Source: a virus (lineage: Duplodnaviria; Caudoviricetes). Taken from it: a DNA stretch of 38,087 nt. Of this stretch, positions 35,151 through 38,087 are shown piece by piece. Made by a program: the position numbers and the translations under genes. Each line of letters begins with the position of its first letter. Position 1 is the stretch's first letter. The stretch lies in the IMG/VR virus record IMGVR_UViG_3300048998_000027, positions 1-38,087 of that record, one strand, 5' to 3'. Below the pieces are notes generated by a model that searched no databases, was not told the origin of the DNA, and saw only the letters and a list, made by a program, of their open reading frames with translations.

Positions 35151-36554
35151 TTAAACGGCTTCCGCCAAATGCTCTGTGTTATAGCCTTTGTTTTTCATCG
35201 CGGCCAGTAAGATGTCTTGCACTTCTCGTTTGGTTTGCAAACGATCTAGCACCAGTTCGTCCACGGTATCCTGTGCCAGTATGAAATGCAGGAACACAGG
35301 GCGGTTGAGCCCTGCTTGCATTTGGCGCACAGGCCCGATACGTTCAATAATTTGCTGGTGGTTCTCCAAGTTCCAGTCCACCGCAAAGAACGCCAGTATG
35401 TTGCTACCGTATTGCAAGTTCAAACCGTGGCCTGCACTGGCAGGATGGGCAAACAATATCGGGATCTTGCCCGCGTTCCAGTCTTCAATAATTTGCGGGT
35501 TCGAACCAAGCTGAACGCCTTGGGGGAAGCGCGCCTTTAACCTGGCTAAATCGCTTTTGAAATTGTAGGCAACCAGTACGGGCATGCCCATGGCTTCCTC
35601 CACAATTTCTTCAAGCGCGTCGAGCTTCGCGTCGTGGATAGCGCGCCACTCCGAACCGCCTTCGAGGTAGGCCGCACCGTTCGCAATCTGCAAACACTTA
35701 ACGGTTTTCGCCGCCGCGTTGAGCGCTTCGATTTCTTGGCCGCCTTCCAATTCCATAAACATTTTCTTTTCCATATCCGCGTAAAGCTGTTTCGCTTTGG
35801 GCGGTAGTTGAACAAAAATTTTATTGATAATGGGGTCTTTCAAATCGAACCAGTCAGCGGCATCAATGGTTAAACACACATCGCTAAGCGCTTCCTGTAT
35901 TTGCGATTGGGCTTCGTCACGTGCGTCCATGCCGAACCCGTCGTAGGAGCGGACGAACCAACGATCCTTAAAGGCTTGGAACGTTTTACCCAAGCGTTGC
36001 CCGATATCGATGAACCACATTTGACCCCACAGATCCTGCAACCCGTTAGGGCTGGGCGTACCGGTCAATTCAATGATGCGTTTTACACGAGTGTGCGCCA
36101 CGCGTGCCAGTGCCTTAGCGCGCTGCGTGCCTTGGCGAAGCCTAAAGCCCTTGAGCTTGGTGGCCTCATCCACGACCACCGTACGAAACGGCCACTTGTC
36201 GCCGAGCGTTTCAACCAGCCAAGGCAACTGCTCGTAGTTGGTGGTGTAGATCTGAACCTTGCAGCGTAGTGCTGCTTTGCGTTCCGGCTCACTGCCCACA
36301 ATTGCCACGACTTGCAAGTGCTTCAAGTGGTTCCACTTGCGCACCTCGTCAGGCCATGTGGTACGGGCAACACGCAAAGGTGCAAGCACCAACACGGGGT
36401 ACACGTTTTCCGTAAGCGATAGATCTTCAAGCGCGGTTAATGTACTGGACGTTTTGCCCAGCCCCATGCCTGCCCAGATAGCGCAACGCTTAGTAGCAAT
36501 GATGAACGCGATGATAAGGGTTTGGTACCCGTGAGGTCTAAAATCGAGGGCCAT
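35151..36554 (-). CDS. SNF2-family helicase
   Basis: GMGLGKT, VVDEA, LTGTP..N...DLWGQ, HPASAGHGLNLQ, QIIERIGPVRQ. Confidence 0.93.
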   Translation of the reverse strand: MALDFRPHGYQTLIIAFIIATKRCAIWAGMGLGKTSSTLTALEDLSLTENVYPVLVLAPLRVARTTWPDEVRKWNHLKHLQVVAIVGSEPERKAALRCKVQIYTTNYEQLPWLVETLGDKWPFRTVVVDEATKLKGFRLRQGTQRAKALARVAHTRVKRIIELTGTPSPNGLQDLWGQMWFIDIGQRLGKTFQAFKDRWFVRSYDGFGMDARDEAQSQIQEALSDVCLTIDAADWFDLKDPIINKIFVQLPPKAKQLYADMEKKMFMELEGGQEIEALNAAAKTVKCLQIANGAAYLEGGSEWRAIHDAKLDALEEIVEEAMGMPVLVAYNFKSDLARLKARFPQGVQLGSNPQIIEDWNAGKIPILFAHPASAGHGLNLQYGSNILAFFAVDWNLENHQQIIERIGPVRQMQAGLNRPVFLHFILAQDTVDELVLDRLQTKREVQDILLAAMKNKGYNTEHLAEAV

Positions 36555-36790
36555 TACGCTAACCCCATTACAACGTAACCGGGCTTTTGCTCAAAATCGG
36601 TTATAAAAGTTACCTCACGCGCGAGTTCGGAACCTGAGTACCGGCCGTTGTGCCACTCACGCAAAAGTAATATATCCCCTACTTTAAAATCCCTATCGTT
36701 TTTTCTAATTTCAAAAGGCTTAACGCCGAGTACTAAATGGGTGAAGAAATAAGGCAGTACTTTTAAGTCGTGCTGTTTGGGTTTGCGCAT
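36554..36790 (-). CDS. ASCH/PUA-domain protein (DUF3850-like)
   Basis: HDLKVLP.FF....G.K.FEIRKNDRDFKVGD.L.LREW...YVVMG. Confidence 0.88.
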   Translation of the reverse strand: MRKPKQHDLKVLPYFFTHLVLGVKPFEIRKNDRDFKVGDILLLREWHNGRYSGSELAREVTFITDFEQKPGYVVMGLA

Positions 36791-36802
36791 GATTATTTTC
36801 CG

Positions 36803-37204
36803 TTATTTATGTAAGGCTCTACGTTGGGCTTGCGCTAACGTCTCTGCGGCTTCGATGATTGAAAATTCCCAAGGTCCTGCTACGCCAATCGTTTGGGTTT
36901 CGTCTTTCACTAATAGCTCAGCGATAAACGCGTCAACCTTTGCGTGGGTGTCTATTACCCGAACGTCTGCGCCTAATGCCCTACGGCGTTTGTGGTCACG
37001 CGCTTGGGCTTCGCTGGCTTCTTTGCCGGGGCGTTTCATTTCGAGGAAGTACGTACCCCAAAAGGTAACAAGGCGATCCGGTACGTTGCGACGATTGGGC
37101 GATGCGAATTTTTCACACAGCGCGCCTATTTGTTTGCAACGCTTGACAAGGTACGCCTCGACAGATGATTCCCGAACGAGTTTAGGAGGGCGACCTACTG
37201 GCAT
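36803..37204 (-). CDS. VRR-NUC domain nuclease
   Basis: RESSVEAYLV...KFASP.RRNVPDRLV...FLEMKRPG...Q. Confidence 0.88.
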   Translation of the reverse strand: MPVGRPPKLVRESSVEAYLVKRCKQIGALCEKFASPNRRNVPDRLVTFWGTYFLEMKRPGKEASEAQARDHKRRRALGADVRVIDTHAKVDAFIAELLVKDETQTIGVAGPWEFSIIEAAETLAQAQRRALHK

Positions 37205-37353
37205 AGGAAAGGCCTCGTAATAGCTAAAATTAGGTTAAAAGTTTGCAGCCAAATGATAACGCAAAGCCCGGCTTGCATTTTCCAAATACCCCACGAGTCG
37301 CGGTTCTCTTTGCGGCAATACTTAAAGATGTAGCAGTAATAGAGTGCTTTCAT
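37195..37353 (-). CDS. small membrane-associated protein (52 aa)
   Basis: Start moved to ATG 37353 (MKALYYCY...), which gives an ATGA overlap with the ORF upstream; C-terminal hydrophobic helix. Confidence 0.55.
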   Translation of the reverse strand: MKALYYCYIFKYCRKENRDSWGIWKMQAGLCVIIWLQTFNLILAITRPFLCQ

Positions 37354-37472
37354 AGCAACACTATCGCAATAAGTATTGCCCATACTAAATAGTCAAAATG
37401 ATTCGTGCAGATAAGCGATATCACAACACCAGTCAGACAAAGATCTGGGATATACCGGGCTAGTTCTTTCAT
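37350..37472 (-). CDS. small hydrophobic protein (40 aa)
   Basis: Manual translation MKELARYIPDLCLTGVVISLICTNHFDYLVWAILIAIVLL; ATG 2 nt after the polymerase stop with AAGGA SD. Confidence 0.6.
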   Translation of the reverse strand: MKELARYIPDLCLTGVVISLICTNHFDYLVWAILIAIVLL

Positions 37473-37474
37473 TT

Positions 37475-38087
37475 TTATTCTTTCCTGTATCGGTAAGTTT
37501 CAAAGCCTGCGGCTGCAAGCGGTAAGTCCAATGCCCATTCCGGCGGGGTCGCCATCAATGAAGCCAGGTGCTCGTGGTTAAAGTCTTCGGTGTCCGGAGC
37601 TTCGGCGATAATCTCATCGTGCACCGTTAAAACGATTTCGTAACCCGCATCCTCGATCAATGGCATGGAGTACGCGAGCACATCACGCGCGCAGCCTTGG
37701 GTTACGTTCTCCACAATTTTACCGCCGTAGGTGCTAAGGCGTTGCCATTTGCGCGAGTACTGGTTGATACCCATGTACGTTATTTTGTCATCGACGATGC
37801 GCGGTTGCGGATAGCAAAGGTACCTACCAGAAGGTAGCATCACGCGGAGCCATGCGCCATCGCGACGTATCTTTAGCCGACGAACGGTCATTGTTTCGCC
37901 CGGGTTCAGGATCGCGTACTTGCAACCGTCTTCCACTTCGCGCCACCAACCTGCAATAGCGGGGTGTGCTTCTCGCCATAAGCGCTTGAACGAATCACAT
38001 ACCACGAACGCGGTATCTGTTAACCCGAACTGACTACGCCCCATTTTTTGTTGCCACAAGCGGAACTCGTCAGCCTCTTTGGCGATG
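37475..38087 (-). CDS. family A DNA polymerase, C-terminal part (truncated by window edge)
   Basis: LPSGRYLCYP...TYGGKIVENVTQGCARDVL...IVLTVHDEII (motif C)...LPLAAAGFE..RYRK. Confidence 0.93.
   Translation of the reverse strand, partial: IAKEADEFRLWQQKMGRSQFGLTDTAFVVCDSFKRLWREAHPAIAGWWREVEDGCKYAILNPGETMTVRRLKIRRDGAWLRVMLPSGRYLCYPQPRIVDDKITYMGINQYSRKWQRLSTYGGKIVENVTQGCARDVLAYSMPLIEDAGYEIVLTVHDEIIAEAPDTEDFNHEHLASLMATPPEWALDLPLAAAGFETYRYRKE

Noticed and set aside
35138-35154. TTAGGGGTTAGGGTTA telomere-like run
   Set aside because: Only about two imperfect units in a short spacer; compatible with chance.
1-38087. Alternative genetic code or stop-codon recoding
   Set aside because: Core genes are full length in the standard code and TAA, TAG and TGA all serve as stops.

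Overview
This window is most of a dsDNA podovirus-type phage genome. Both edges cut the same leftward replication operon, so the genome is probably circular or permuted, with a few kb missing. The leftward arm holds a family-A DNA polymerase C-terminus, VRR-NUC nuclease, ASCH/DUF3850 protein, SNF2 helicase and DUF6378 protein at the right edge, and early hypotheticals, an HNH protein and a DUF2800 Cas4-like nuclease at the left edge. The rightward arm holds a Cro-like HTH, primase-helicase, an iteron-rich origin candidate, a small HTH, terminases, a GNAT + Asp/Asn beta-hydroxylase pair, portal, BPP-1-like head genes, T7-like tail adaptor/nozzle, three ejection proteins, a tail fibre and a lysis cassette. 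No integrase, CI repressor, tRNA, CRISPR or DGR is visible. Main signals: (1) a ~520-nt leader where cI would normally sit, tiled by minus-strand structured RNA domains including a C4-like RNA with a compensatory loop-loop change; (2) a five-copy GGTATACA-N19/20-(-10) late promoter motif; (3) the GNAT/hydroxylase pair behind one of those promoters; (4) an unknown domain inserted in the 2096-aa ejection protein. Family assignments come from motif recognition by eye; no database search was run.
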